From positions 609,330 to 629,329 of the forward strand of contig NW_026250426.1 of NCBI RefSeq assembly GCF_024521635.1: a stretch of 20,000 nucleotides of DNA, given 5' to 3'. Source of the DNA: Tricharina praecox. Lineage: Eukaryota. The position numbers were made by a program, and so were the translations under genes. The notes beneath the pieces are model-generated. The model was not told the DNA's origin and made no database searches. It saw nothing but the letters and a program-made list of their open reading frames with translations. Each line of letters opens with the position of its first letter. Position 1 is the first letter of the stretch. Positions 1 to 12,197 of the stretch are shown piece by piece.

Positions 1-3000
1 CGGTATTGGTTGATGAGAACATATGAGTTGACCACAACGATGGCAGCGCAGGCAACAAAGACACCCATCTGTTCTCTACCACCCAGGTCTTGGCCGGTGG
101 GACCAGCAAATGAACCCGTGTGGAAGACCAGGTATGCCATAAAGAAGCAAATGACCGATTGGTAGATGCCGTCGACCATGTAGATCCAGAACTTGAGTTG
201 CGTCCATTCGAGGCGAAGAATACCGCGGCGATACAGTTGCGGTACGGCTAGTGAGACCTTGTCATCCACATCCTGATCGAGGATACCCATAAGGATAACT
301 GGGACCGAGGTGAACGCAAGATTGTACAGCAGAATGTAAGTGTACTCGAAGAGGTAGGATCCATCGAAACTGTTGAAGAGCTGATACCAGAAAAGTGCAA
401 ACGTCCAAACGATGTTCTGTGTAACACTGTCAGCGGAAGGTCACGGAACGCACTGGGAGGACAGCAATCGTACCTTGTAGAAGAAGTTGGCAGTCATCTC
501 GGCAAGTCGGCGGTAAGACCATCGTCCGTGAACCAGTACAAGTCTGCTGAGGAAGCGGAACTGTCCGATCGCATAATCCGAGCACATGACAGCCTGTCTG
601 CCCTCTTCACCGGCAATACCAACGCCGACATCCGCCTCTTGGATCATAGCAACGTCATTCGCACCATCGCCAATCGACAAGGTCATAACATCCAATCCCT
701 TCTTGACCATCTGACAGACAGCCGCCTTCTGACTGGGACTGACACGACAACACAGCACCGCCTTGCATTGTTTGCAAAGCAAGAGGAATTTCATCTTCAG
801 TTCTTCCTCAAGCACAAGCTTAAGTGCGTCACCGTCGATAACCAGAGCATGAGTTGGCGGGGGTGGGTTGTGGTCTTTCTTGGCAGCCTCCAGCTCTTCC
901 GGCGAACCCGTCATATCGAAATAGTCATGCAGATATTTATCCAGTAGTGCTGCAGCGGTTTCGGGTTTGTCTTCGTCGACTTTGAACATGATCAAATCCA
1001 TTCCGTTGTCCAACAGGTTGCAGGAGAATCCAATGTTGATGGCAGTTTCGACCTTGTCACCGGTAAGAACCCACAGCTTGATACCAGCTTCGGCCAAAAG
1101 GGCAATCGTGTCGGGAACACCGTCTTGCAGACGATCCTCAATAGCAGTTCCACCGAGCAGAGTAAGTTCCCTTTCAATGGAATCCGAGACCTCCTCCAGC
1201 TTCTCTTCTCTGTTGTGAATAGCAGAGGCGGCGATGTCGTGTTCCCTGCTCCAAGTTTTGTACTCCTCCTCGGTCAATTCCCTCTGGGCAATGCACAGTG
1301 TGCGCAATCCTTCGCGGGCAAAGACTTCGAGATGGTCGGCGGTTTGACGTCGTAGTTCCTGTTGCTGACCTTTCCGTAGTCTGGAGTAGATGATGCTGTC
1401 GGCACCCTTACAGAAGATGAAGATTTTCCCAGTTTCAGGCATACGTACGATGGCGCTCATCCTTTTCCGTGCGGAGTTGAATTCCAAAGTGCTGAGAACC
1501 TCAAAGTACTTCTCGACACCCTGGACGTTGACGGTGACTCCATGGGTTGACTTGTCTACCAGACTGTAACCGCAGTCTCGGGCTGTAGCCACTAGTGCAG
1601 CCTCATCAGGTGATTGAGCTTTGAAATCGACGGTTGGCGGATCCTCGGAGATACGGTCGGGCAATACGGTGTGACACAGAGCCAGGACAAGCATGAAATG
1701 CGCGTTTGCCTTGGCCTGATCCTCGCCCGAGCTTCCCCGCAAATCGGCAACATAATCCGAAGAAACAAAGGTGATCTTGTCCTCGTTCAGGTAAGGGTTG
1801 TGACTGATCTGCTTCAGATTCTTAATCATCTCCAGTCGGTCCGCCGAGATTTGGGCGCGCATCCTCGCACCCTCCTCCTCCACGTTGATACCCTGGCGTT
1901 TCTGCATACCTGCTTGCGCTTCCGTGTATGCTTCTCCGTAGGGAACCCCGTTGACGGTACATTTCTTGAACTCCATGACGTTCTGTGTCAAAGTACCGGT
2001 CTTATCGGAAAAGATGTACTCGATTTGGCCAAGGTCGTCGGAAATGTTCCAGGATTTCGGTGTGCACGGATAGTCGAGTTTATCGTAATACATGTTCACA
2101 TCGCTGTATATGAAGAATGCCTGCGCCAGCTTGATGATCTCAATACTGATGTACAACGAGATGGGTACCAAGTTTTGGAAGAGAATGACCGCAGTCCAGA
2201 AGGTAACGATACCGTCAACCGGAGGTGAACCGCCGATGGAGCCGAATTCGAAGTAATTGAGCGATTCGTTTCCCTTCGCCCACGTGACTCCTTGTACGAT
2301 ACCGGACAGAACACACATAATGAGCAGGATTCCGAAATTCAAGATGACCTATGTAACCCTTTAGCGCGGGTCCCAATGCAAGGGGAAACATTCCAGCGCA
2401 ACTTACGTTCCAATTGAGTTCTCTGGAAATACGACTACGCTTGGAAGGTGTAATTCCCGCGTTCATCATAATCTTAGTTTCGTCACCTGTGAATGCCACG
2501 ATTCCAATCGCCCAGTCGGTATTCCGGAGTGTGCAACCACGGAGAAGCAGGTTGTTGATGGAAACTGCCTCCGCCATTTCCACCTCGGGTTTTGAGGGAT
2601 CGAGGGGATCCCTCTGGTTCCATTTGACCACTCCACTGTACGAGTAGAGATTCGCATGTGGGTCCTCGCTCTCGAGCACAAAGGCGGCAGCCTCACAGTC
2701 GCGGGCATGACGAACCTTCCTACCGGCACGAAGAGCGTGCCGAACCTTCAAGTTTGTCTCTCCATCGAGGTTCTTAGTCTCCACATAGCAAGCACCGTCG
2801 CTGTCGGAAGTGGAGAGAATGATGAAGTCGGCGGGAATCTCCTCATCGTTGTAGATACGAACAAAATCTCCCACGCGGACGTCTTTCCAGTATCCAACCT
2901 TAAACCGCGCAGTTTCCGCGGTCTCGCGATGAGGATCCACCAGGTTACCAAAGTCCCGTCCGCCGGGCTTCGTGTGTCGATCGGGGGCCGCATTCGGTGA

Positions 3001-3968
3001 AGGTACTGCCAGGTGCGTTGGTCTCGGGAGTGCCGAGTCGACCATGCCATTGTCCGATGGAGTAAATGAGAACCTTTGCTTGTCGGGTGTCGGCGAGGAC
3101 ACAGGTGTCATCTGAATGGATTCCGAAGCAACCGTATACACGGAAGCCCTGGTCTGCGTCCTTTGCAGGGTCATCAACTCGGGGTTCGATTTCGCCTTCT
3201 TCTTCAGCTTCTGATGCTTGTACTTGCGAACGAGAAATTGTAGTCCCCGCGAAGTCGCCTTCTTGATCTGTCGCCAGTACGAGATGTTCTCGTCCGTAAC
3301 GTTCGGGTTGTGCCAGTCGACCAGGAGGTGTACAGGGGTATTGTTGAGCTCATTGTCCAGGACCGTTCGCCGGTAGTCTTCGATCGCGTCCTTGATCGCG
3401 GTGATCAAAAGAATGACAATCAATGGTAGGGATCCGATCTCGGGGTTCGAAGCACCAAAGATGGGGAAAATCTGCATTTCAACGGTCGTCAGTTCGCGGC
3501 CCCGATAATCGACACAGGGGGAGAGAGGGGGTGTAGAGTAAACCGTACCGCCAGGATGGTGACGAAAAGGAAGTAGATATTTGCGATGTTGTGAAACTGA
3601 AGCCATAAGTTCTTCGGCACGAATATTAAGGGCGTGTATTTTGCTGTGCGAATCTTGTTCCTTGAGAACTGCTGTAGAGGGGCTCCATCTTCGTCGAGCA
3701 GGTCGGCAGGAAGGGGAAGGTTGACGAAGATGCGCCGTTGGGTGAGATCGTCCTCGCTTCCCGCCATAGATGCCTCCTCTTCGCCATCTCTCATCTGACC
3801 GCCAAAGTTTCCCCCCGTGTTCTCCAGATCGGCCTCCTGTTGCTTTTCTGGAGCTCGCCGCATTGACAGTGCTCTCATGATCGTGTCTCGTTTCCGTGGT
3901 CCCTCGGCGCCGGGGTGTCTTTGGGTGGCCCACCGTAGCCTCTTCGTGGCGGGAGGCTTCCCCGACAT
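1..3968 (-). CDS. DNF1: P4-type ATPase phospholipid flippase, Dnf1/Dnf2 (DnfA) subfamily; 3' end lies outside the window. Exons 3968-3549, 3471-2407, 2348-474, 416-<1
   Basis: ORFs 3489-3968, 2215-3933 and 441-2342 join in frame through GT-AG introns 3548-3472 (GTACGG..ACTGAC..CAG), 2406-2349 (GTAAGT..GCTAA..TAG) and 473-417 (GTACGA..GCTGAC..CAG). P4-ATPase motifs are present: NKIRTAKYT, ETKNLDGETNLK, PISLY, DKTGTLT (phospho-Asp), SPDEAALV, KGAD, TGDK, GDGAND. The last exon reads NIVWTFALFWYQ...YTYILLYNLAFTSVP...DQDVDD. FGA and FQN motifs favour Dnf1/2 over Drs2. Confidence 0.95.
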
Positions 3969-6534
3969 GATGAGGGGGGGGGAAGGTTTTTTATTATTTA
4001 AACTCCAGTCTATCTATGGCAAATGTTGAGGTAAATTAAGTGGTGCGAAAGTCTCGTCGTCGTCGTGGAACGGAAGGGTGCGGTAGCGTGCGACCCGACG
4101 TGGTGGTGACCAAAAACCCGAAGAACGAATGAATGAACGAAGGGATGAACAAGATGGACAGCGGCAGCGGCGCGGTGGAGGTGGTGGATGGAGGGTGTGT
4201 GTGGAGGTGGTGGTGGTGGAGGTGGTAGGATGTAGAGGTGGGTTGGTGGTTTGGAACTGGAGGCAGGGCCGGAAAGGACTCGACCCGTGTTCGTTTGTTT
4301 TGTGGTTGCTTTCCTTTCGCACTCCACTCCTCTCCTCTCCTGCTTTACTCTCGTCTCCTCTCCTCTGGTGCGTCCGGCGCTGGCTGCAAGGGGGTGTAAC
4401 AATACCTACAGGTTCTCACAGCTGTGTCGGCAATTGGATGGAGCTGCGGCGGTAGGCGAGAGAAGAAGAGGGCGTCGTGATATTATTGCGTGTTTGTGAG
4501 GTATTGGTATGTTGAAGTTTCCTCGATTCCAGGCGAAAGGAAGCGAGCGTGAGTCGAAAGGGACCGTGACGGAGCAAGGTGTAAGTGCTCTTTCTTAGCA
4601 CGGGGGTGTTGAATGGGGGGGAGGACGATATTGGGTTGGTTTGGGAGGGTGAGGGGGGTAGTTAGGTCGATGCTTTTTTCGAGCGAGAGCAGCAGGAGGG
4701 CGCAATGACGATCAAGGACGGGGGCAACTGAGCAGAAAAGGGTGGCAGTGAGGCGATCGGGAAGGGGAGGGGGAGGTGGATTCGACTAGAGGGAGCTGGG
4801 GTGGGGGGGTAGGGGAGGCAGTGAGAGGGGGGCTTTGGGTAGGGGGCAATGCTAGAGATGAGGACACAGAAACGAGCGACGAATTAATATCGCGAACTCG
4901 AAGGGCATGCACTGTCGCTGAGCACGATGGCGTACGAGTGGAAGAAAGTACGGGCTTGGTATGGGTAAGGTATGGAAGAAGGTATCAAGCCGTGCTTTGT
5001 ACCCAGGCCCCAAGTCACGAACAAAGTGCTTTCGCTCTAGGCACGGAGGCGGAACGGAAGGCAGAGAAAGAAAAGACGGAAGCCAGAGAGGAAAGACGGA
5101 AGGAGAGCGCCCTTCTTTCGATCGTGTCGCGGCTTTCACGGGCGAGGCGATGCAGAAGGAGGCGTCTTCGACGTTCTCCAGATTCGAAATGGGGGCTGCT
5201 AGTAGGGGTTGTGGAGACGGGTAGAAGCACTTTACGAGCACCTCCGTGCAGGCTGCAGTTCCTGACGAGACGGACTACTCGGATTCCGGCGCAGTTAACT
5301 CGATTTATTCTAACAGTCGGCACGCGGCGGCCTTCGAGAAGAGCAGAATCAGGCTACGGTGGGTAAGCAGGCAGGGCACTCGCGAGTCCAACAGAGATGA
5401 GGCCAGCTGAGCGCCACAGCCATGTCAGCCACCCATCAACCCCCATCAGCTACACAAGAGCTTGAAATCTATCTCCCGTTTTGTCCTCTTCGATTCGGTT
5501 GTCTCGTCAAGTTTTTCGTTGCGACGAAAACTATTGGCAGCGGTGTAGGTTTGTGACCGGTGATTTAGCGTTAACCACATCTCTCGGGATGATTTAACAG
5601 CCCGACTGCGGCACGAGCCACAGAACCACGCCAGTTGTGGCGTACAACAATTCCCACACTCCATCCCACCGGAAGAAAACCCCAACTCAAAGCCAAATCA
5701 ACAAACAAACGCTATGTAGAGTGGTATATATACCAGCCAAGACGCCTTGACATGAGTTGCCGCAGGCTATATATCGACACGGCCCCGCGCCGGGAACTGG
5801 GCAGTGGGATTTGCCGCCATCGATGACACTGGTAAGGAGATCCGTCGCACGACTGCGCAGATATACAGAGCGGCTGGAACTCCGTCGCCCCGTCGACCCA
5901 TCAGCCCGTGGACCCGCGGAGCTATCAAACCCCCTTCACCTAAGCACAATTGCGTGCTCATTCTTCATCATACACAGCGGTTGTGTATAGGTAGGTAAAG
6001 AGTCGCAATCGGTCGGTACATATCGAAGCCGATGGCAAGCTCAGGCAAACAAAACTCCGCCGAATCGCACGCCGGCCAAGATCACAACATCGATGAAGAG
6101 GAACCGATGGCGAATCAAGTCCGGTATGCCTGCGACCGATCAGTACGATCGCCGGAGAGAAGTTGCACTCCCTTACCCAACCAACAGAGAAATACACGAC
6201 GGAGCGACTCACCGCATTGTTCCGGATATGTATGCTATGTCATGCTAATGGGGAAAACGACACTCGGGGTAAGGACGTACTGCTGAGGGCTGAGAAGCTG
6301 AGGTTTTTGTGGCGTGTGTCGTGTGTCGTGTGTCGTATTGAAAATGGAACCCAATGCACGGGGTAGGTATTTGACGCCCGCCGGGCACCAGAGGTCCAGC
6401 TGGACGGAACAAGTGAACGGACGGGCAGATCCGCACACCAAAACACTGGGTTGTGAGTCGGTCCAGAAACCCACCTTCCCAGTCACGAAGATCCTCCAAG
6501 TGCTGTTGTCACCGAGAGTTGCGATCTTACTCCA

Positions 6535-6561
6535 CACCACCACCACCACCACCACCACCAC
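6535..6561. repeat. (CAC)9 microsatellite
   Basis: Read directly from the sequence. Confidence 0.95.
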
Positions 6562-7185
6562 AAGCGATGTTTCTATCAATGGCAAAGCATGGAGGCTCAG
6601 CTTCTGAAGACCGCGGAAGGGGTGGGGTCTGGTACATACGGCGCGCATCAGTTACTCTAAACCTGGACCGTCCGCGCAGGCGCCATACAGCTCCTAATGG
6701 TCCTAAGTTCTAACGGGTCCCAGCTAGGTATGCACCAGTAATCCTGCGGACAACTCCATAATCACCAGCCACAAATCTATATATCCGCAGGATTATCGCA
6801 TCGGCTACTAGTACCAGTACAAACAGTAGAGTACAAAGACAGACTGCCACCCGGATTCCGGCACAGTCGAGTCTCTTCGCTTTATTTTACCGTCGGGCGT
6901 TGGCGGGGTGGGGGTGGGGGGCAGCCGGCAGCGGCGGACATTGGGAAGAGAAGAAACGAATCCCCAGTTGACGTCCAGCGCGCACCAGCAACAGCACCAG
7001 CACCTCCGGTGCATCCGTCGCACGCCGCTCGCAGCTGCAGAAAGAAAAAAAGTCTTACCGACATCATACGGTAGCTTTGCTGAGCAATCGCCACGCGCGC
7101 TTATTCATCCCCGTCATCGACCTCTCGATTCGATTCTCGAAAAGCCGACGAGCTTGCGGAGTTGGCCACAAAGTCCGATTCCCCC

Positions 7186-7229
7186 GTAAGGGTGCCGTCG
7201 CTAGAGTAAGGGTGCCGTAGTTAAGGGTG
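7186..7229. repeat. Short direct repeat GTAAGGGTGCCGT x2 plus a third partial copy, TAAGGGTG
   Basis: Copies at 7186-7198, 7206-7218 and 7222-7229. Confidence 0.85.
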
Positions 7230-7855
7230 GGTGGGTGGTGTCAGTTTTCACTTCACTTCAGCCATCCGCAATGCGCATCCTGTGTCATCCAATTAGGTAG
7301 CAGCAGCAATACCTACTGGGTGCATGAGGCAACACGGATCTAGAGTATGATGTACGTCTATTCCTAAATCTTACCTTGTTTCCATACCGTATAACAGTGC
7401 GCACGTGGGCTGCTGGCTCCTATGTATGCATACGTGAGTGAGGCTGTGTTTTTGTGTATAGACTCTACATGGTCGCTGTCGTCTTCTGGGACGTCCTTGA
7501 AACCCGAGTGCCATCCATCATGTATGTACCCCAGAGGTATCCGTAGCTGCTCGTACTCTAGGTACGTACATGAGTGGAGTGCCGTAGAGACAAACCTTCA
7601 AACGCATGCAGCCCACCCACCACTTCACTCGGGATCGTGAAGAGTTCTTTCTTTTTCCCTCCTCCCGTCGGAGGTTACGCGGAGATCTGTCGGCGGTAAC
7701 AAAGCACCTACCTACCTAACCCGAGTATGTAGAGTAGGTACCTACAACTGTAGCAAAGTACCATGCAGTCCCCTGAACATGAACCAGAATGCACCACAGT
7801 ATTGTACATAATACTCATCATGTAGAGTACTTAGGCAAGGTATGCAGGAGGGTGT

Positions 7856-9425
7856 GGAACCAACACAGAAAGGCAAAACGACAACGGAAATAACAGAAAA
7901 TAAAGGTATTCGGCCGCCCAGCCGTCGCTGTCTGTTGTCGATACTTTAATGATGTGTATGTGTGGTGCATCGTGCGGCTGATGCGATGCGCATTGCGATG
8001 CACTCCGCACCTATTTCTGTCTCAGCCTGCCAGCCAGCGCCCAGCGGCCTGCGGCCCAGCCACGACGACGAGTCGACGACACTGGACAGGCTACATACTC
8101 GTACAGCGGGCCCATCTTTGGCCCGGCTCACCGTTCACGAGCTGTTTTCGGCGCGTCAAAAGTCGACAACTCCTCCTACATGTGTATAGTAGAGTACCAG
8201 TACACACACATACCGGTACATACGCCGCACTAATTGCCGGGATGGGCGGCAGCTTACAAGTTACCAGTTGACCACTGACGGGCACCCAGAGCCAGAGCCA
8301 GAGGTCCATGGTTCTTCGATCTGTAGCGTTCTCCCTTGCCTTTGCCTTTGCCTTGCCATGCGTTGACGGAAGGGAAGGGAAGAGGGGGGCAGCGAACCAG
8401 CGAATGGGAGCTAGGTGCTCTAGAGTACCAACACCCCATGTCGAAGCAACCACCCAGCTTAGAGCTACGCTAGACTGCCCCCCCCGCACACATAGGGAGA
8501 ACTTCGAAGGGCAGCGAGACGAGACCTGCAGCAGCGCAGCTCCGTCCACTCGACTCGACTCATAGTTGACTGTTGACCCGGGCGGTCTCGCTGCCGTCGC
8601 CGCAACCGTCGCCGACCGGCCGCTGTCCGCATTCCTTTGCACTCTGCAATGGAGAAGCTCGTATCCCTACCCCCCGTTCGGCCCAGAATCCACCCGTCCC
8701 GTTCACCGTATGATAAACTCATGCTTCCGCGACGCAGGAAACCCTCTTTCTTTCTTTGCCACATAATTCTTACCTGGATGGATACTAGTACGGTAGGTAG
8801 ACCACAACAATCGTCGCAATCCACCTCAAAGTCACGTCCGTGCATTCACAATCCCCCCCCGTCCCCCCCTCGCGATACCTCCGGTCGGTGATTACGTTGT
8901 GTGCTGGTGCTGCCTGCCCTAGGCCACGCAGATTTAGCCGACTGACCGACTGCCCGGCCGGCACCGGCGCTGATCGGATCCCGCTCATCCGTATATATCT
9001 ACTCGAGTAGAGGACCTACCTACGGTGCTTCGTGGTGAGGGTGAGGGAGGAGGGAGGAGCACGTACCCTCTCGAGTGACTCGGGAGGGAGAGGGGGAGAG
9101 GGGGAGACGGAAGCTATAGTACTAGTAGAGTGAGAAGTAGGCACATAATAGAGTAGAGCAGAGCAAGAGGCGTGGAGGAGAGCCGCCTGGCCTGGCCTGC
9201 CTAATAACTATGGCACGCCCGGGAGTACGTACACTTGATTTCGCTTGATGTTTCTCCCCTGCCGCTGAAAGCCTGAAACAACGCGGACCGGAACGCGAAT
9301 CCCCCCTCCCCCCTTGGATTGGGGATACCCATATACCGTATGTCGGGGTTTGGGGGTTTGGGAAGGGGGGCTTCGCAGAGATGGGCGAATCATTCCGCCG
9401 TGAAGGGTGGGTAGATTAGCGAGTG
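7856..9425. repeat. Copy A of a diverged direct duplication of non-coding DNA
   Basis: Collinear blocks shared with 10892-12197, e.g. CCTCAAAGTCACGTCCGTGCA (8824-8844), GGGAGTACGTACACTT (9221-9236), AGATTAGCGAGTG (9413-9425), GGGCCCATYTTTGGCC (8108-8123). Boundaries are approximate. Confidence 0.85.
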
Positions 9426-10128
9426 CACTGCACTGCGGCCGCAACCGCAACTGCAACACCGCCAGATGTATGCATATTTGGTACCTATACCGGTAGGTAG
9501 CGGGGTTGAGTGGGATCTCGAGCAGCTGTCTCCGCTCCGTCCGGAACGGACGCTCTTGTGATAAGCTTCTTTTTCCTTCTTCACTTCTTCAATCGCGTAT
9601 ACTTACTTTCTAGCCGGTAGGTCGTGCTAAGTTCGTACATGTATTCTTAGGTCAGGGACAGCAGGAATTGATTAGGTTTGTATGAGGTATGAGGTATGTA
9701 CGAATCACGATGTCTCCGCTGCGCCCTGCTCGTACCACGGATCGTCACGGTTGGATCGTGAGCTCCCGCTCCCGCAACGTCTCTTGGTCGATTGTGGCTG
9801 TGAAGTATCTCGAAACGTCTCTATTGTCCGTTCCATGCGCTGATCTACCTATAGTACACATGTAGGTACTCCCATCGGAACAATCGCTGCCCGAGGCGTC
9901 TCATGAACCGTCTCCGGTGATACATATAGTAGGTACCTACATGGCCAGCACATTCGGCTTCGGAATCACCAGAGGTCCAGCTTCGGAAACCGCGCGGCAA
10001 CTGGATCGATACCACTACCTACACAGCCACTCGTTCATGACTACGGAGACGGAAACGTTGTCGTCAACGTCCTGCCGCCGGCTCGGTCTGGAGTTGCATC
10101 GATAGGTACCTGGTGTGCACAGTTGGCA

Positions 10129-10152
10129 ATCCTTATCCTTATCCTTATCCTT
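10129..10152. repeat. (ATCCTT)4 hexanucleotide tandem repeat
   Basis: Read directly from the sequence. Confidence 0.9.
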
Positions 10153-10891
10153 AGATACCTCGTTCATCTCTGCTCGGAGCACTGAAGTCTGAAGCGCTAC
10201 ATAAGCGCGGTGGCGTCATTCATTATTAGGAATCATAAGTCGATCGCGAGTGATCGTACATAGACCACTGAGTGGAGACTTCGCTGCTCATGCTTCATGG
10301 AAAAGGATGGCTCGGCAAGGCTTCCTTACATCAACTCACACAGAAGCTTAGATTCATCCCGCAGAGATATGTATATACATGGGCGATTACCTACTGCTAC
10401 CGGCGTGATTTGTGGTGATGGGAGCTCAAGGAACGCTCTAGTACGCACATCATAACTGTTGTTGTCATATGGTGTCGGATATTCCCCGTTCATTGACCCC
10501 ACTCCTGTTCTACATAGCCAGCAAGTTTCCCTCCGATCGACTCGAGTAAAAGCTTGACTTCATCTCTAGATACAACTTACAAGCCACTACAGCTGCGGGT
10601 ATGTACAATCCATGCCTTCGGAAGTTCGGAGCCTCGAAAAGAACGAGTTGAGAGCCCACCGCGGTGTTCCGGGTGCTCTGGATCCTGTTACGTAAGGATT
10701 TGTAAGTTGTAGGCAAACGGAACTCTTCCCTCGAACTGCCACTGGCTTCATATCCTGCTTCGACTCTTCGAGGTCTACCTCTCCTATGGTTGTGACTCTC
10801 ACATCTCTCGCTTTCTCTCTCTCCTCGTATGAATCATGATGTTTCCTCTGGTGCTAATGTCAAGTTCCCACCGTCCACGAGGGCTGCATGG

Positions 10892-12197
10892 GGAGCCAAC
10901 GCAGAAAAAGGCAAACCTGACATCATTCTGATACCCAGCGGTGTGCATGTCCTCACTCCTCAGCAATCAGCATCTCACGATGCTGATGCGACTGTTATTT
11001 CCGTCCCTTCAGCCCGCCATGACAGGGTACATATACGGGGGCCCATTTTTGGCCAGCTCACACCTCACGGATCTTCAGGGTGCAAGCAGGGAAAGACGAT
11101 TCCGCACTAACTAACGGTCTAGATATGTATGAACTGTCGGTCGGGATGAACGGCAACTTACCACTCAACGTTCCATGACCATTCTATCTGTAGACTACAT
11201 AGATAGCTTTTTTGCCTTGCTTACATCCCTCATGCCTATGGGAACTCGGGAACTTGGGAAGAGGGAGGGAGGGAGGGCAGTGAGCTACAATGCTACATAG
11301 AGTAAATAACGGAAGCTGGCAGCGCCGAACCCGGCACCCATGCGAAGTATGGGTATGTACATAGTGCCCAGAGTACCCTGCAGAAATACCGCGAAGGGGG
11401 CAGCGAAGCCTGCAGTTCCATCAAGACTCGACTCGTATTTGAACCGGCAGCCTCCCTCCCTCCCAGTCCCAGTCCCCGCCGCCGCTCTCCGTCATGGCCG
11501 CAGCCCGCACTCCTTCATTACTCTCGAGAGACTATATTTAACACCCCCGCCCCGTTTCGGCGCAAGATCTCACCACTGACCTCAAGTCCAAGCTTTGGCA
11601 AGCTCTGACAATAACTATCATACACAGATAGGTACCTCCTTCTCGTGCCAACATACATACATACGCAAGCCAAACAGTCGCAATCCACCCAATCCATCAA
11701 TCCTCAAAGTCACGTCCGTGCAATCGTTTTGCTGTGCGCTGCTTCCTTCCGGTGATTGCGTTACGCCGCCTTGAACACTCAAATTTAACCGACCGCCGCA
11801 CCAGCCATTGTTGGTCGGCCCGGCGCAGATCAGAACCCACACACACACACCACGAACGCCCTGTGTACTCTACATGTAAGTAAAGGTAGCACGTACGCTC
11901 ACGAGAGAAAGATGGAGGGATACATACGGAGCGAACGGGGAGTACGTACACTTAGGAGTCTAGATTGTTTTGTTCCCTTGTTGTTTCTCTCGATGCGAAA
12001 CAACGTAAAGTGACTGTCTCTGGAATTCGCGGCGGGCGGGTGTGAGGATTCATCATTTGGGCGGCTTGGTCACCGATTTATCCGCGGTAGTTATGTAGAG
12101 TATGTATGAAGCAGTGATTCGTACATAGTTCGTGGTTCGCTATGTATGAGCAACTGAGAAGGAGTCCGCCCCCGAACCACAGACAGATTAGCGAGTG
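10892..12197. repeat. Copy B of a diverged direct duplication of non-coding DNA
   Basis: The same blocks occur in the same order at 11039-11054, 11702-11722, 11938-11953 and 12185-12197, offset 2.7-3.0 kb from copy A. Boundaries are approximate. Confidence 0.85.

Noticed and set aside
528..3266. Several plus-strand ORFs (e.g. 1614-2228, 204 aa)
   Set aside because: Antisense shadows of the P4-ATPase coding sequence.
4776..5366. 196-aa plus-strand ORF and overlapping ORFs
   Set aside because: Low-complexity purine-rich sequence, consistent with the antisense of a pyrimidine-rich promoter/UTR.
6032..6286. ORF containing RYACDR, like the start of a Zn2Cys6 cluster
   Set aside because: The remaining cysteines of CxxCx6Cx5-12CxxCx6C are missing and no convincing splice rescue was found.
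8465..8988. Minus-strand ORFs sharing HGRDFE / CTDVTLR with ORFs at 11618-11951
   Set aside because: The shared peptides come only from the 21-nt identical block. Flanking indels break the frame, so there is no conserved protein.
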